Source: Lama guanicoe (Eukaryota). From it: 64,000 nt of DNA. The DNA lies in contig MU053431.1 of assembly GCA_013239625.1 (NCBI GenBank), positions 1,886,485 through 1,950,484 of the forward strand, written 5' to 3'. Positions 36,252 to 49,934 of this stretch are shown piece after piece. The number at the start of each line of letters is the position of its first letter. The stretch's first letter is position 1. The notes under the pieces are model-generated. The model was given only the letters and a program-made list of their open reading frames with translations, did no database searches and had not been told where the DNA came from. Both the position numbers and the translations under genes were made by a program.

Positions 36252-36933
36252 ACACACACACCAGGGGCACCAAGGACAGCTCCGAGCCCGTCCCCTAATT
36301 CCCCCGCACTCGTGCCGGCACCCCTTAACCATGGAAGCAACAACTGCTTCTTCGGGAGTTCCATGATTCAAACTTCTCAGCCTTGAAGAGTAAGCCCCCT
36401 AATCCTAAATAAGCATTTTAAGCATCAAAAAAACTCCCAGAAAAGCAGTAGTTACACTTTGATGTGAGGCCGTGACACAGCCACATCAAACTGAGACAAA
36501 ACTCGAGTCAGCAAGGGCCTGTGATCTTGAAAACATCCCGGCTCTTCCAAAAGCACAAGCAGTGCAGGGGGCCGAGGCCGAGGCTAAGTCCCAGAGGGGG
36601 CAGAGCACGGGGCCCCGCCAGAGATCCCACCCCTGCCCCTGCTGCCCTGTGTTTCCACACAACAGCTGCCAGCGCTTCTCCTAAGAAGGCTGGCCTGTGG
36701 ATGAGAAGCTGCTTCTGCGCAGCAGCCAGCTCCTGAGTTTATGCCGATGAAGCCCTGGCCAGAGCAACACTGGAACAGACGCTTCTTTGTAATTCTGACA
36801 GAAAACTGGAGGCGGTGGGGGCCAGGGCACGGGTGGCAGCACAGCACACACCCGGGCCGCCGCGCCCGCTGTGCCAGCCCAGTCTGTGGCGCCCCCAGCT
36901 CCCTCCTCGGATGGCTGGTCTTGCTCAGCTTAC

Positions 36934-37146
36934 CTGAGCGCTGCATTTCTGAAGAACGAGCTTCTCGGGCTTTGCCTTGGCTTTCTCTCTAGGCTTCGGC
37001 TTCTGCTCTTTCCCCGCACTCAGAAACCTCATGGTGGCGGCAGCATGCTTCAGGATGCAGTCATTGCTGCAGTAAACTGAGTCGGGCTGCGCCACGCTAG
37101 AGCACCCAGGCCCGATGCACCTGGAGGCGCCAGGAGCCTCCACCAC
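36934..37146 (-). CDS. DIDO1: DIDO1 exon 5 (Cys-rich CIGPGC...YCSNDCILKH motif)
   Basis: VVEAPGASRCIGPGCSSVAQPDSVYCSNDCILKHAAATMRFLS...KCSAQ; 213 nt, canonical sites. Confidence 0.95.
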
Positions 37147-37379
37147 CTGCAGGAAAAAAACAGGACTTCAAACAACCTACTTCCACCTTCAGCAGGCATG
37201 GCGCTTTGTAAAACCACGCCTCACAGTACTGAGACCGCTTCTTAACGGTGGACGACCATGAGTAAAGAAGCGCCTCTGGTCATCCAGAGCACACAGCCCG
37301 CCTCCCCCCCACCCCTGCCGTATGCGGCCCTCACGTCAGGCGTGGAGGGCAGAGGTCTCAGGGGACTTCAGGACTCACC

Positions 37380-37850
37380 TCTGAATAGAATGGGATTTCA
37401 CACCCACAATTAAGGTTCCATCATTGGGCACAGGGGCAGGGATTTTGCACATGTAATTAAGGTCCCAAATAGAAGGATTCCCAGGAGGCTCAAAGGGTCT
37501 GATTTAATCCAATGAAAGCCCTTGAGAGGGCCTGGCTGGGAGAGGGCCGTGGCAGGGCACTGAGGGCAAGACTGCCAGACAGCATCCAGGATGGCCAACT
37601 CAATCTGTCTCAGAAAAAGGTAACTTTGTAGCCATGTGCGCCACGAACATCACACAGGACATAGGTATTTGCTAAATCACGTGAGAGCTTTGGAAAGTGG
37701 CTCTTTCCCCAGCCCCCACCTACCCCCGGTGTGCAGCCCGAGAGACCCAGAGCAGAGGGCCTTGCTAAGCCAGGCCCAGGTTTCTGACCCACAGAAAGCA
37801 GCTCATGACTTTGTTTTAAGCTGCTAAGTCTGTGGCACCCTGTCACGCCG
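37380..37850 (+). mobile_element. MLT1-family (ERVL-MaLR) solo LTR remnant
   Basis: gggattttgcacatgtaattaaggtcc...tttaatccaatgaaagccctt...gacccacagaaa...tgttttaagctgctaagtctgtgg is typical of MLT1. Confidence 0.65.
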
Positions 37851-38404
37851 TGGCAGGGATGGAGGGCACTGCAAGGACCAAGTGCAGCCGCTGCTGTTTA
37901 CGACGGAAGCACGTTCTGACGCTCACGACACATGTGCAAGCACAGACCCCTCGGACGTACTGGAGCCAAGTCTTACTTCTCAAGGGAGGTACTTAACTGT
38001 CTTTCCTCCAAAGAATCCAAGTTTTACTCAAAAATATTTAAGCTACATAGTCTCAAACACACCAGCAATAGGAAGACTTTCCCCACTAATTCAATTTCCA
38101 TTAATCAAAAAAAACTACCATTTACTGTCACACTTCCATGGCAGTATGGTACAATTTACACGGTCCAGCCCTCGAGGCCGACACAGGACACAGGGTTATG
38201 GCAGGGGTGCCAACAAGCCCACCTCAGAGCCTCCTGTGTGCCCAACACCTGCTGACGGACGGGCGGCGGGGTGCCCCCACCAGAGGCCTGGAGCGAAAAC
38301 ATGCTCTGGGCAGGCCGACCGGGAGAGCAAGATGCATGCAAACCGCGAGAAAGAACCACGGACGGGAAGGGGCCTAGAAACCAGCCGACAGGAGACACAG
38401 GTAA

Positions 38405-38452
38405 ACAGAGCCGGGGAGGGAGCACAGAGCCCGGGAGGGAGCACAGAGCCCG
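38405..38452. repeat. 19-bp tandem repeat, 2.5 copies (ACAGAGCCSGGGAGGGAGC)
   Basis: Direct reading. Confidence 0.8.
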
Positions 38453-38994
38453 CGCAAGCACTGGCGGGCGCCAGGGAGCACGCAAGGGTGTCCCCTCAGC
38501 AGAGGGCGCCCTCGAAGCGCCACCGCTGGGAGGATGGAGGCGAGCCAGGAAGGCGGGGTGGGTGGAAGACCACCGGCTCGCTCAGGGTGGTGGCAGGTGG
38601 TTCAGGCGCACACATTCTTTGGTGATGAAAAATAATTTCCTTACTTAACATACGAACTTTAAACTCAAGATCCCATTCACAAGAACACTTAATAAACTTT
38701 TTAAAAGTGAGTCCATTTAAGGAAAACGTTCAGCCAGTAAAAACAGCACAGAAGGAAGATATAACTAAAAAAAAAAAGAAAAAAGAAAAAAAGAACGGCA
38801 GTGCCGGCATCACACAGGGGCACGGAGCCCACGGGGAGGCCACTGCCCTGCCCCGGGCCCAGCCTCGCACGGCGCCGCTCCAGGGAGATCAACTCATCTC
38901 AGAAGAAACAACTGCTGGTCTGGACGGTTCTGTCAACCGCAGTCTGAGATCTCGAAGGTGACCCCACCGCTGACCTCAAGAGACAGGTACTTAC

Positions 38995-39316
38995 GGGCTG
39001 GAATATCTTGAGTTTTTTCTTGCCACTTGGGTTCGCAGCTTTCTCAATTCTGCCCTTTATTCCTTGGTCTTCACTCGATTTCTGCTCTATGGTTCCTATA
39101 CTGGTAAAGTCGGTGCCGTCAGCATCAGCAGCTCTCACCCGCACGTCCTGCGGGTCTGCAGTCTCTGAGCTGTTCTCGTCCTGCACCTGCAGGATGGTGC
39201 AATTTGGGCAGATATAGTCTTCCCCATTCCTCTCCAAGAGCCTCCCTCGAGCCTCAGAAATGCCCACACAGTCGCCATGAAACCATTCTTCGCATCGGTC
39301 ACAGCAAATCATAAAC
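38995..39316 (-). CDS. DIDO1: DIDO1 exon 4 (PHD finger)
   Basis: FMICCDRCEEWFHGDCVGISEARGRLLERNGEDYICPNC...KKKLKIFQP; 322 nt; donor CCC|gtaagt. Confidence 0.97.
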
Positions 39317-39938
39317 CTGAGATTATAAAATATTAGGAACAGAAAATGAGAAACAAATCAAATGGGTTTCAACATTCTATTATGAAAAATGTGCAAACAC
39401 ACACAACATCCACGTGGCCTTTTCTTGACTTTACTAACATTCAACTAAATTTGCTTCAATCATCTTTGTGGGGGGCGTCCTGCCCTGAACACCACAGTGC
39501 TTGTCCATGAAATGGCAACAATGCCTTTACCACCACTCTCCTGACGAACTAAAACTAGTCACCAAACACTCCGGGCACCCAGTCAAAGCCAGACTCTGAG
39601 CTGCCCCTACATCCATGCCACCGTCCAGGACAGCTCAGAGTGTTGACCCAAAGAGCTCTCCCAGACCACACCGCCCGGCATGCTGACCTCTGGCTGCACA
39701 TGGCTGGTGTGAGTGAGGCACAGACACCCAAGGCCACCTGCCACCACTGGACGGTCCCCACCCGCTCCACTTGCTGCTTCTTGGACAAGGACTGGTTTGT
39801 CTATTTAAACTGAACAAGTGGCTCCTCCAGGCCAACCAAGGGCTCTTTACATTCCAACAGTAGCAAATCTCAGGTGTCCAAGGCCTGGCCTTTCTGGACA
39901 GCTCAGGCACCCAGCCCCGGGGCCACACCTCAACCCAC

Positions 39939-40768
39939 CTGTTGTTGTGGGGCTGCCGGCAGATGCAGTACAGGGCACTGGGGTCGTAGCCCTCACACTC
40001 GGGCTTGGGTCTGACCACGTCCCCAGCCTCTTCGTCCTTAAGCCCCGGGGCCGCCCTCCCCTCTGGCCGGCTCTCCCTGGCCTCTCTTGCCACCTGGGGC
40101 GTGGCCCCCTGCTCAGCCTCGGGCTCCTGCTGGCCAGGCAGTGAGCCCTCCACGGGGCCGCCCGCCTGGCCGTCCACAGACTCAGGAGGCTCGTCGCCCC
40201 GGCGCTTCTTCCTCAGCCTGCTCTGCGGGCCCTTGGCGGGCCCGTCGGCTGGCTCCTGCGCTCGCTTCCTCCGCAGCCGGTTCTGAAGCTCCTTCAAGGT
40301 CAAGCCGTCGCTGTCGCTGTCAGAGGTGTCGTCCTCACCGCCGCCCCCTCTGGCCTTTGCAGGGGCCGGGCGGCCCCTGGCGCCCGCAGAGCTGGCCTTG
40401 GGCCCGCTCTTCACATCGGAGGCGCTCTCCACGCTCCCTTCAGAGGCGGTTTCGGCGTCTGTGACGGGGCACGAAGTGGGCTCGCCGGGGTCCTCCAGGG
40501 AGACAGGGGCGCTCCTCCTGCCTCTGCGGCGGACAGTGGTGAGGAACTCCTCCACCCGCTCCGTCCGCTTTGGCTGCCGCCCGCTGCGCCGCAGGGAGAG
40601 GCTCTGCTGCTGCGGCTGCGGCTCCAGGGAGTCCAACTCCACCTCCCCCACGCCCTCGCGCTTGGCGATGGTGGTTCTCCGGAACCCCCACGTCTTCCTG
40701 AACTCTTTGCTGGTGGGCTTGACGGCCCTGGGCGCATCCTCCCCGCTCGGATCGCCCTTCTCGTCCAT
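39939..40768 (-). CDS. DIDO1: DIDO1 exon 3, first coding exon (exon starts at 40770; ATG at 40768-40766)
   Basis: MDEKGDPSGEDAPRAVKPTSKEFRKTWGFRRTTIAKRE...YDPSALYCICRQPHNNR; cag|GT ATG acceptor, AG|gtgggt donor. Confidence 0.96.
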
Positions 40769-42183
40769 ACCTGCCGGGCAGACACAAGCAGACCACGACG
40801 GCGTCAGCCAGGGCCCTGCTCCCTCCAAGGACCAGGAGCCACCGGTGACAGGAGCACCCACAAGGGAGCAGCACCCACGTGGGAAACATGGTGACCCAAC
40901 ACTCCTCCACCTACGCAAGTGAAGGGGCTTCCTAAAGTGCGGTACATGAGACCATTCAAGGTGATTCTTGAAGAAAATTTTAACTGTCATATATCTAATG
41001 TTCAGCAGAAAAACACAGCCAGCAACACAGATTTAGTTTGCTGGCTAACTGCTCGGGACAAGGATTTCTAAAACAGGTGGTGGGGAAGGAGTCGAGAAGC
41101 AGCATGTGCGTGAGGACAGGACGGGGTCCACCTCCCTCCCCTGGAGTCAGGCTGGCCTTCGACACTCCGGTCCTGGGCTCTGAGGCCCTGAGCTGCATGA
41201 GATGTGCAGCCACCCTGTGCACACCTCACACAGAGCAACCATGGGGAGATGGCGTGGTGTTGGCCCGAACCCCAGCCCTGCTGTGGGCTGAGTGGTGAGT
41301 GAGCCCTGTGGTCGCCCTGCAGGGGAACCCTGCCCAGACTCGGGAGCCATGACCACGTGGACACGAGATGGGTGCTGCTTGGGTCCAGTGGGCTCCAGGG
41401 ACAGGCGTTAACACCGGGACAAAGGAAATACACAACCAGACGGTACCTTGAATGTGGATTTCTTCTTTCTCTCCTTACCTTTTCACTTTCTTTCTAATGG
41501 ATTATTAAAGGGTCATGTTTGGGAAAACTTTATTCTTACTTAAAGCGAAGAAGACTTGAAACAGTATATACCTTGAGAATTTTTTTCCCCAAGCTGTGCA
41601 GGCTTTAATCACATTTAACTGCTAACGATGACTCAGACTTTATGCCACGTTCCATCCTAGAGGAATGACTGGTATGGAATGAAAACCTTCAAAACATAAA
41701 CAAAATTCAAATCACACACAACCTAATCCTTTGCTTCCCAATGAGTGCTGTCACCCCCCATTCACCTGCCCAATTCTGCAGCTCCTCCACCCTGTGTCAG
41801 CCTGTGACACTCCCAGGTCACTCAGAAGCCTGCAGGAGTAGCTGTGACATCAGCTGTGCCACCATACCACACCACTTTTCTTGTCTCCCAAGTTCTTCTG
41901 CAGGAAAAATTCTCTACAAAACCCAGTTCTCACCAAAGGGACTAGACAACATCATCGTAAACGCACCACTAAAACCACGACAGTAAAAATAAAGGGGACA
42001 ATCAAGGTCAACCCCTCAGCATACAATTAACATTCATCTAAAAACTTGGGCTAAAGGCTAGAGTATCAATAAACTATTAATGTTATATCAGTTTCTTTAC
42101 ATATAATGCCACTTTAGACACAGAAAACATGTTATCAAGCCTTAAGATTTTGCGGTTGACTTTTAATCTTATTGACGCGTTAC

Positions 42184-42357
42184 CTGTCCCAAATGGAAAG
42201 CTTGGATACGAAGTTTCCTGACTTGCTGAACACACCACCTGGCTGATGCAGCCACGGGGTGCGAGGACAGCGCCAGGCCGGAAACACTGCTGCTGCTGGT
42301 CACTGTTCACAAGTAACAGCACAGGTTATCTCGAGACTGCGCCCATGGAGTAAGCTC
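42184..42357 (-). other. DIDO1: DIDO1 exon 2 (5'UTR, non-coding)
   Basis: ttttag|GAGCTTACTCC...TCCAAGCTTTCCATTTGGGACAG|gtaacg; resembles the human DIDO1 5'UTR as recalled. Confidence 0.82.
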
Positions 42358-43939
42358 CTAAAATGAAGAAAATAGTTTATAGGTCTTAAGTAAATATAGC
42401 TAAAACCATGTTTAAAAAAAAAGCATCAAACTTTCCAAGCACTCTCTTATTTGAGTGTAGGTCACATGACCTGCAAAGACATCCTGGGAGTGGAAAAACC
42501 AACCAACTAGCCTCCAAAACACGGTTCCTTTCCCTAAGGACTTCTAAAAGAAGGGAAGGTACTCTGTCCACACTCTGAAAGCAGGGGGCTGGGACAGGCC
42601 AAGGCCAGGGCGCTGGTGAAGAGGCGCTGGTGGGAAGAGCCCAGGGGCCTCGGGGACAGAGGGTTTCATGACCAGTCATCAGGTGTCAGCTGCTTTCCAA
42701 TCTACCATCCTCCTTTGGAGATGGACACAGCTCAGTAAAACCCCAGAGAGAAATACGAACACAATGTGCAAAGATGAAAAACAAAACTACACACGAGAGT
42801 AAACTATTCAGGAATTCTTACCACTGTAGCTCTGTCATTGTTCTAGTTAAAAACCCAAGAAAGGTTTCAGAAGACGGATGTTAGGATGACTGAACAGGAC
42901 GTGGTACCGCGTCCACGTGCATCTAAACACCACTTCCGCTCCCTCGTTCAAACCACTTCACTTAGTTTATTAGCGAACATGTCTTTGGTCCTGAGTATCA
43001 GGCATTCAACGCGTTTCACATTCTAGACCCAAGACCCTCTGCCAGCACCTCACCTCCTTCTCTGACTCAGGCCAACTGCCTCTCCTTCCAGGAGAGAACT
43101 TAGTAACTGAGGTCGCCTTAGCAACAGAACAAACATTCCGCGGCACCTCCTTTTAAAGAGACAGTGACCACTTCACCCTGACCAGCCACCCACATCATCA
43201 TGAACCCATGTCAAAACAAGAAACTGCTTCTCAGAAGGATCTTGAAATAAACTTTCACATTCCACAACAGTGAACATCGACAAAAGCAAAGGAATTTGGA
43301 TGTTTTCAGGAATGAAGTTTTTAAAGTTTACCTCTGGAAAAAGTTTTTGGATTTGAGTTTTGAATAATCAATCAGAATAGGAGAATCCAGTTATTTCTGT
43401 TACATGCAATGAGGTAAAGTACTTTATTCAAAATAGATCAGATCATTTAAAATAATTTGGTTCATTTATCTTGACTTTAATTTACAAAACTGATTTTGTA
43501 ATTTCTAACACAGAAATTCTAATATAAAATTTCAGCTCATGAAACAAAAGCAGGTCTATCAAGACAAAAGACAAACAAAACATCTATGATCAAGGCGAAA
43601 GTTAAAAAAAAAAACTGTGTTATGTTCCAAACACAACTTAGAGTGTACAGGTCCACACACGACAGCAAGCCAACACACCTGATCACACCATGTTGGTAAC
43701 AAACGCTCCCCAGGAAGAGGACAACGGGAAAGAGAAAAACTGGAGGTGAACACTGAACGTACTGAAATAATTCACTATTACTGTCCTAAGTTTCTAAGTG
43801 CAAATTTTTCCATTTCCTACTAATGAGAAGTAGGAATAATACCATGAAATCTTACTTTTCCACAAGCCAACAGTTCTCATCTGCAGTGCCAAAGGCCATT
43901 CATGAACAGGCCACAGCCCACCTTCCAAGTTCTTGAAAG

Positions 43940-44630
43940 GCACTCTCCAACTTTTTGCTGTCAGGGCCCCTTTATACTTTTAAAATTTGAGGACCCCCAA
44001 AGAGCTGTTTTTATGTGGGATATATCGGTATTTCCAAAATTAAAGCTGAGAAGGATTTTCAGAATTATGCACATTTGCTGACATTACAGTAAATCCTGAC
44101 GAGTAGCAGTTCCATAAAAATCAGTCACAAAATGAATCTGAAGCCATGCTTGTGAACTTTCCACAGCTCCTTACATTACAAGCCACTCTGAATGCACCCT
44201 CTGCTCCCGTGCTTGGGGGTCACCTGGAAGCCTGGTCCGGACACAGCGGAGCCCATGTGCCAGCAGAGAGCTTAGTGGACAAGGACACGCTGGTTAATGT
44301 TGGCGCCCACCTCCCGAAACGTCTTTAGTCACTGCCAACATTCCAATTTTCGCTTACATCTTGAATTTTATCGTAAGTAACAAATACGGTCAGCTGCTTT
44401 CCTTGAGACTCATGCCACTTCTCTTCAATGCCTGCCAAACGAAACCCCACCTGGAAAACAGAGTCTGTCAGTGGTACCTCCACCCCGCACACTGTAAACA
44501 CAACCGTGTGTGTGATGCCCCGTGTGGGGTGGAGAACACTCACCAGGCCAACTATGACTGGGGACAGAGTTCTGACCTCTTAGCCCCTAGAAGGGTTTGG
44601 GGACCCATATGAAACAGACTGAGAACTTCT
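43940..44630. mobile_element. hAT-Charlie (Charlie1-like) DNA transposon remnant
   Basis: cagggcccctttatactttt...tgaggacccccaaagagctgttttta at the start; tgacctc...gggtttggggacc...tgagaac at the end. Confidence 0.6.
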
Positions 44631-45090
44631 GTAACATGCCATTCCTACCTAGTAGTTTAAGAACACGATGAAGGCGTGCAAAGCCATCACACACATGGAG
44701 TCTTTAGCATCAGAAGAGATTAAACATTTCCTTCCACAAAACTGTTATCAACCAATAAATGCTCCCTTCAACGCCTAAAAAATATTAAGCTGCCAGAAGT
44801 GATTTTCTTAAACACAAGATCAAAAATACCCTCCCCAAGTAATGTTAGCGATGCCTGACTCTATGACCATTGTAAATTTGAATGCTTGACCTCCACAAAG
44901 CTTCAGACAGGTAGAGGTAACTGCATCTTGCCCATTTAAAGATGTTTAGTTCTATACACTAGAGACTAATTCTGCTAAGACACTTTAAAATACAATATAT
45001 AACCACAATTAAGGTCCTATTTTCACAGCACGGGAACTGCGAGAAAACAGCTCCAGCTTCTCAAAAAGATAACACACAGATGCGTATCTG

Positions 45091-45105
45091 TCCCACCTGG
45101 TGGCA
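45091..45105. promoter_or_regulatory. Candidate CTCF site
   Basis: CCACCTGGTGGCA (plus) / CCACCAGGTGGGA (minus); each is one mismatch from the CTCF core. Confidence 0.3.
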
Positions 45106-46401
45106 AAACAGTGTGGTTCTCTGAACCTCATACCCACCCCCCAAAGCAAAAATCAAAATTAACACTAATTGTGCAACAATGGTAACCTGCTAATCTCAAA
45201 TTACATCCAATGCTATAACATAATCTCATTATGCTGGCCTCTGCTAACTTACTTCTGAAAGACTAGGCCGAAGTTTACAGTTACTTATACTTTTTATTAA
45301 GGGTCTTCTGTCTCACAACTAATCCTCTGCTGTGGAAGAGGAGGGACTGAGAAGACGCTGGCTAAAAGTTTTTTAAGTAACCCCCTCCCCCCAAAAAGAC
45401 AAGCTTTCCCACTTACTCTTTCACAATTGTTTTTATTAATGGGATGGTCACTCATGAGAGTGCCCAGACATGAGACAGCTCTCTACATCCCGAAGGCACC
45501 AGTGTTCTCTGAATACCAGCCCACAGTAGCCGGACGGCCCCACACGTCTAAAGCAGCAAACACCACACCTGTTCACTAAACACGTCCCCCAGACACGGAG
45601 AGGCGGCAGGCCTGGGCTCGCGGGGCAGAGGGAGAAGCCCCGCTTTCCTTTACCTGAATTTCCACAGAGAACCTGACTCAGACGTGTTAAGTTACATTTC
45701 AGTCCCTCAGACGGCTAATGCAAAGTTTGCTGCTTTCCCAGCAACATTGTCATTATTAAAATTATCCTGAAGCAAAGGCACTCAACACAGAAAGGTTCTC
45801 AAGAGGTAAACAGAGACAAACCTAGGAACAATCCTGCTGTTTGAAACTTCTTATATACTTCTGCTCTACAATACGTGGGAATAAAAAGCAAACTTGCTGC
45901 GTAACCTGCTGAGGACCGGTGCTCAGCTGGGCCGCGGTGGGCTCCAGCCTCCCCCACCCCCGCTCCTCGTCGTGGGTGGGCAGGGGGTGCACCGGCCCCC
46001 CATAGGGTTTCTAGTGCATAACAGGCTTGTGCCCTCAATGGGCAACTCTCCAAACCAGCTTCAGGGACCATAAGAGCCACCTGAACGTATCAAGATTAGG
46101 GAGGGGGTAACGAGGCTTTCCCCATTCTGTCCTGAGCGCTGTGCAGTCTCCTGCCCAGGTTCTGTGAGGATATTCAGGTGAACAGAAGCGGGGCTTCTCC
46201 CTCTGCCCCGTGAGCCCAGGCCTGCCGCCCCTCTGTGTCTGGGGGACAAGGTGTTTAGTGGACAGGTGTGGTGTTTGCTGCTGCAGATGTGTGGGGCCGT
46301 CCGGCTACTGTGGGCTGGTTTTCAGAGAACACTGGTGCCTTCGGGATGTAGAGAGCTGTCAAGTCTGGGCACTGTCACAAGTGACCATCTGGAACGGGCT
46401 C

Positions 46402-46705
46402 CTGCTGTGGTCTGCCTGCCTGCGCCCCTGGCCCAAACTCAGCTCGAAACCCAGTCCTGAGGTGATGGTGCTAGGAGGTGGGGCCCTTGGGTGGTACCTA
46501 GTCCACGACGTTGGAGCCCTCAGGAGTGGGCTCACTGCCCTTAAAAATAGGCCCCAGAGCTCACTCGGCCCCTGCAGCCAGGGAGAGGCATCCGGTCTGC
46601 GGGCACCCTGGCCTCGGGCCCCCAGCCCTCAGCGCTGTGAGGAACCGTCTACTGCATATGAGGCCTGCAAGTCTGCGGTCTGGTGCAGCAGCCCGAGTGG
46701 ACTCC
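46402..46705 (+). mobile_element. MLT1A-like solo LTR
   Basis: tgctgtggtctg...gtgatggtgctaggaggtggggccctt...ggagccctcaggagtggg...gcccttaaaa...ccagccctcagcgctgtgag...agcagcccgagtggact follows the MLT1A layout. Confidence 0.75.
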
Positions 46706-47662
46706 CGGTGAGCAAGAAAACACGGTTCCAAACACTGTGCAAGGGGCTGCTGGAATCCTGCCCCCGAGGACTGGTGCTCTTAAGGCTGCTGCCTGGGGCT
46801 TAGCGACCCTCTGAACTGTGAAGGCTCTCGTCCTCAGCAAGTGCTGTGTGGGACAAGCCTGGCTGCCGCTGAATTCCCAAGGACAGCACTGGGATGGGTT
46901 CCGAAACGGAGCCTCCCCTCTCTTTCCTCGACCAAGACCGAGAGAGCGAGAGAGAGCCTGCGTGACAGACAGACGACCTGCAGGCAGTAAGTCACTTCTC
47001 AGGACAGTCACCCCTGCTAAGCACTCCAGGGGCTGCTTCCCCTCGGAGCCTCTAGGTCCCGTAGCTGTGAATTAAAAACCCTGATTCTCCAGGGACCACT
47101 CCTGCGATAAGCCACTTGACTGCCTTATAGCCGCAGCGGTCTGTTTGGCCCAAGTCCTCCTGTGCGGGCTACTCCCATCCAGCACCCCGGGGACATGGTT
47201 GCGGATCCCCGCACCCTCCTGTGGTCTCCGGGGGCCAGGCCCCTATACAGGCCACTCTCACCTTGTTTCACTGCAGCAAGAGCTGTTAAGGACCCAGCGA
47301 GAGGCTGTGGATAAGGAAAGGACACCCTATAACAAATGCAAAATGCCACTGTGCCCTAAAGCCAACAGAAGCCTTGAGGCTTCCTCACCCAGCAGGCACC
47401 CTGGCTGTGCTTGGGCCTCTGGTTCCAGGTGGTCCTCTTCAAGGGAGAGATACGCACTGACACCTCTTCACTGGGGACAACACACATTTTCCACACGTTT
47501 CCCAAAAAGCAAGGACGTGGCTGATTCAAAAAAAAAGTTCAAAGACATTGCCTATCTTCTTAAAAGTAATCCATTTTCCCAGTTGTTCAAGTTTAGAGTC
47601 AACTATTTTTCTTTTTTTAATCTCATTTCTCAACAAAAGAGCATTTCTAACTATGACCCAGA

Positions 47663-48090
47663 GCAGAGGTTCTCAAAGTATGTTGGGGGGACGGGGGTGT
47701 GGTCTTTCAGGAGGTCCCCAAGGTCAAACTATTTGCACAACACTCCTCTTTCAGGAGCACGTGGTATTTTTCAGATGCTAAACGACCATGCTATTACAAC
47801 AGCTGGAATTCAGAAGCAGGCAGGAGAATCTGACGACTGTTGCTTAAGCCAGACATTAAAGAGATTTGCCAAACTGTAAAGCAATGCCACCTCTCACCCA
47901 GCTGTTTTCCTCTTGGAACAATTTTCATAAAGTGTTAATATGCAAATGTTAATTATTATTTTTAAATGAAAAAGTATATTTAATTGTCAATTTCTAATGC
48001 CAAAAGTGGGAAATGCCAACAGATACAACATAAACAAAAGCTGTTTGTGGTCCGGGTTAATTTCTGTAGCGGCATCAGTTTGAGAACAGC
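47663..48090. mobile_element. hAT-Charlie remnant
   Basis: cagaggttctcaaagt terminus; ttaagccagacattaaagagatttgc internal block; agtttgagaacagc terminus. Confidence 0.65.
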
Positions 48091-48959
48091 CGGCAGCATA
48101 CACCTGACACTGGGAAACTTTAAAGGGCTGCTCTTGACGGGTCAGAAGCAACCCAGAACTTCCCAGTCGGTAGGACCGAAGGACTGTGCCAGTGATGCTT
48201 CAGGACTCTGCTCTCCCAGCCCCCCTGGGCCTCTCCTCAACGCAGTTTCACATGATGACTGAGAAAGCACCGATTTCCAATCATGAAATTGCAGCATTCA
48301 GAGTGCCTACCACTCCAGTTCAAAGGGAAAGTGGTTGGAGAAAACAACACAGGCCTTCTCTCTCACAAGGATCCGCTTCCCAAGTGGAGCTGCATCTTAT
48401 AAAGGAATTAGGATCTCAAACCACAGGTCAAGGTGCAAAAAGAATGGTTGGAGGAATGTGCGGAAATACAAAACACAAGAACTGTGTATCTCAGCTGGAG
48501 TCCTTCCTTTCCCTGAGATTAGCGGAGGCCAATGTCTAGTTTTAGGGGCGGTGTGGCAAGTCCAAGCTTACATTAGAAAGCTATGAGATAGGGGGCAGAG
48601 TCTGTGCGTCAGCTCTGCAGGCCCACCAGAGCTGGGCTTGGTGCAGCTCTCGGGCTCGTCAAGGCTGCACAGGCAGGGCACACGCAGACAGGAGCCACCT
48701 TACTGCCAAACACACATCCTTAGGGGGAAAACACTTTCAATTACAATCTAACAAATCTGAAGAGTCAGCAGCTAGTGTCGACCCAGCCCTGTCTTGATGG
48801 AATGCTGGGGTCAACTCCTCCAGCATCCCACGACCTGATCAAGGCAGCCAGCAGCCACCCTTCCCCTGCCGGGCAAATTAATGAGTCAGGTAAGTCCTCT
48901 GATAAGTAGACTGGGGGCTGGGAGGCTCAAGGGGCAGCACCGTGGAAGAAGGCAGGCGT

Positions 48960-49100
48960 TGTGCCAGGATGTTCCTGGCTTCAACCCCAGCTGCAAACCT
49001 AACAGCTAGACGTGCTGCTCAGGAAACGGGGACAACTGTAACCTCAGTTTCCTAAAAGGATATCTGAAACCACACCATGTCAAGTGCCAGTCAGCACTTA
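48960..49100 (+). mobile_element. MIR remnant
   Basis: cctggcttcaaccccagct...aacctcagtttcct core-like sequence. Confidence 0.4.
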
Positions 49101-49934
49101 TACACAGCAAACGTGTAATAAATGGCACACGTCATTTGACAGAGTGGCAATGTCAGACATGACCAGTTGGGGAAACAGGACCCCATAGGAGAGACTGCAA
49201 ACATTTACCAAGAGCCCTTTACGTCGGTACAGAGCACGCAGTAGCTCTGTCCCCCAGCCAGGTGGGGCCGCTTCATCTTGACCCGGCAGAGATAACCGGG
49301 AAAGTGCAAGTGCGTTTATAAGGGTGCTCCCAGCAGGCTTTTTTTTTTTTATACTAAGGGACACAAACCAATGTCCATCACCGAGGGACTGGTTTGAAAA
49401 AATAGTCAAGAAACATCCATACGATGAAATCATTTAAGGATGTAACGAGGGGGTGACAAGCTCCACCCTCTGAAAGAGTCTCACATGGGAGTGGGGAGAC
49501 AAGTCAGCCCTGCACAGTGGCCCCACCTCCTAACACCCTCTGCCCAACACATGCAACCAGGCTCACAAACAGGACAACAGCTCTAACGCTGGGCTTCCAC
49601 ACAGTGCCGTTTCTGGGGTTTCTGCTTCCTTCTTTATATTTTTACATTGTCTTGATTTTCTACATATATATTTATCTTTGCAAAACAAACACAGTAATCT
49701 TTGTATTGGGGGGGAACCTCTTTTACCTTCTTGTAAAGGTTTATTAAATACCACATTAAGAGTCTGTATTAGCATAAGAAAAGCAAAACCACAGCAGCAA
49801 AGTTTGATACTCAAGCATCTGCTTTACAAATTACAAACGTGACAATCCCACTGCTTACTGAACAGGTTTACAGGGACTGCTGCAAAAGCAGGATCATCAT
49901 CCATTCAACTTCGTATCACTTACCCTCAGAATCA

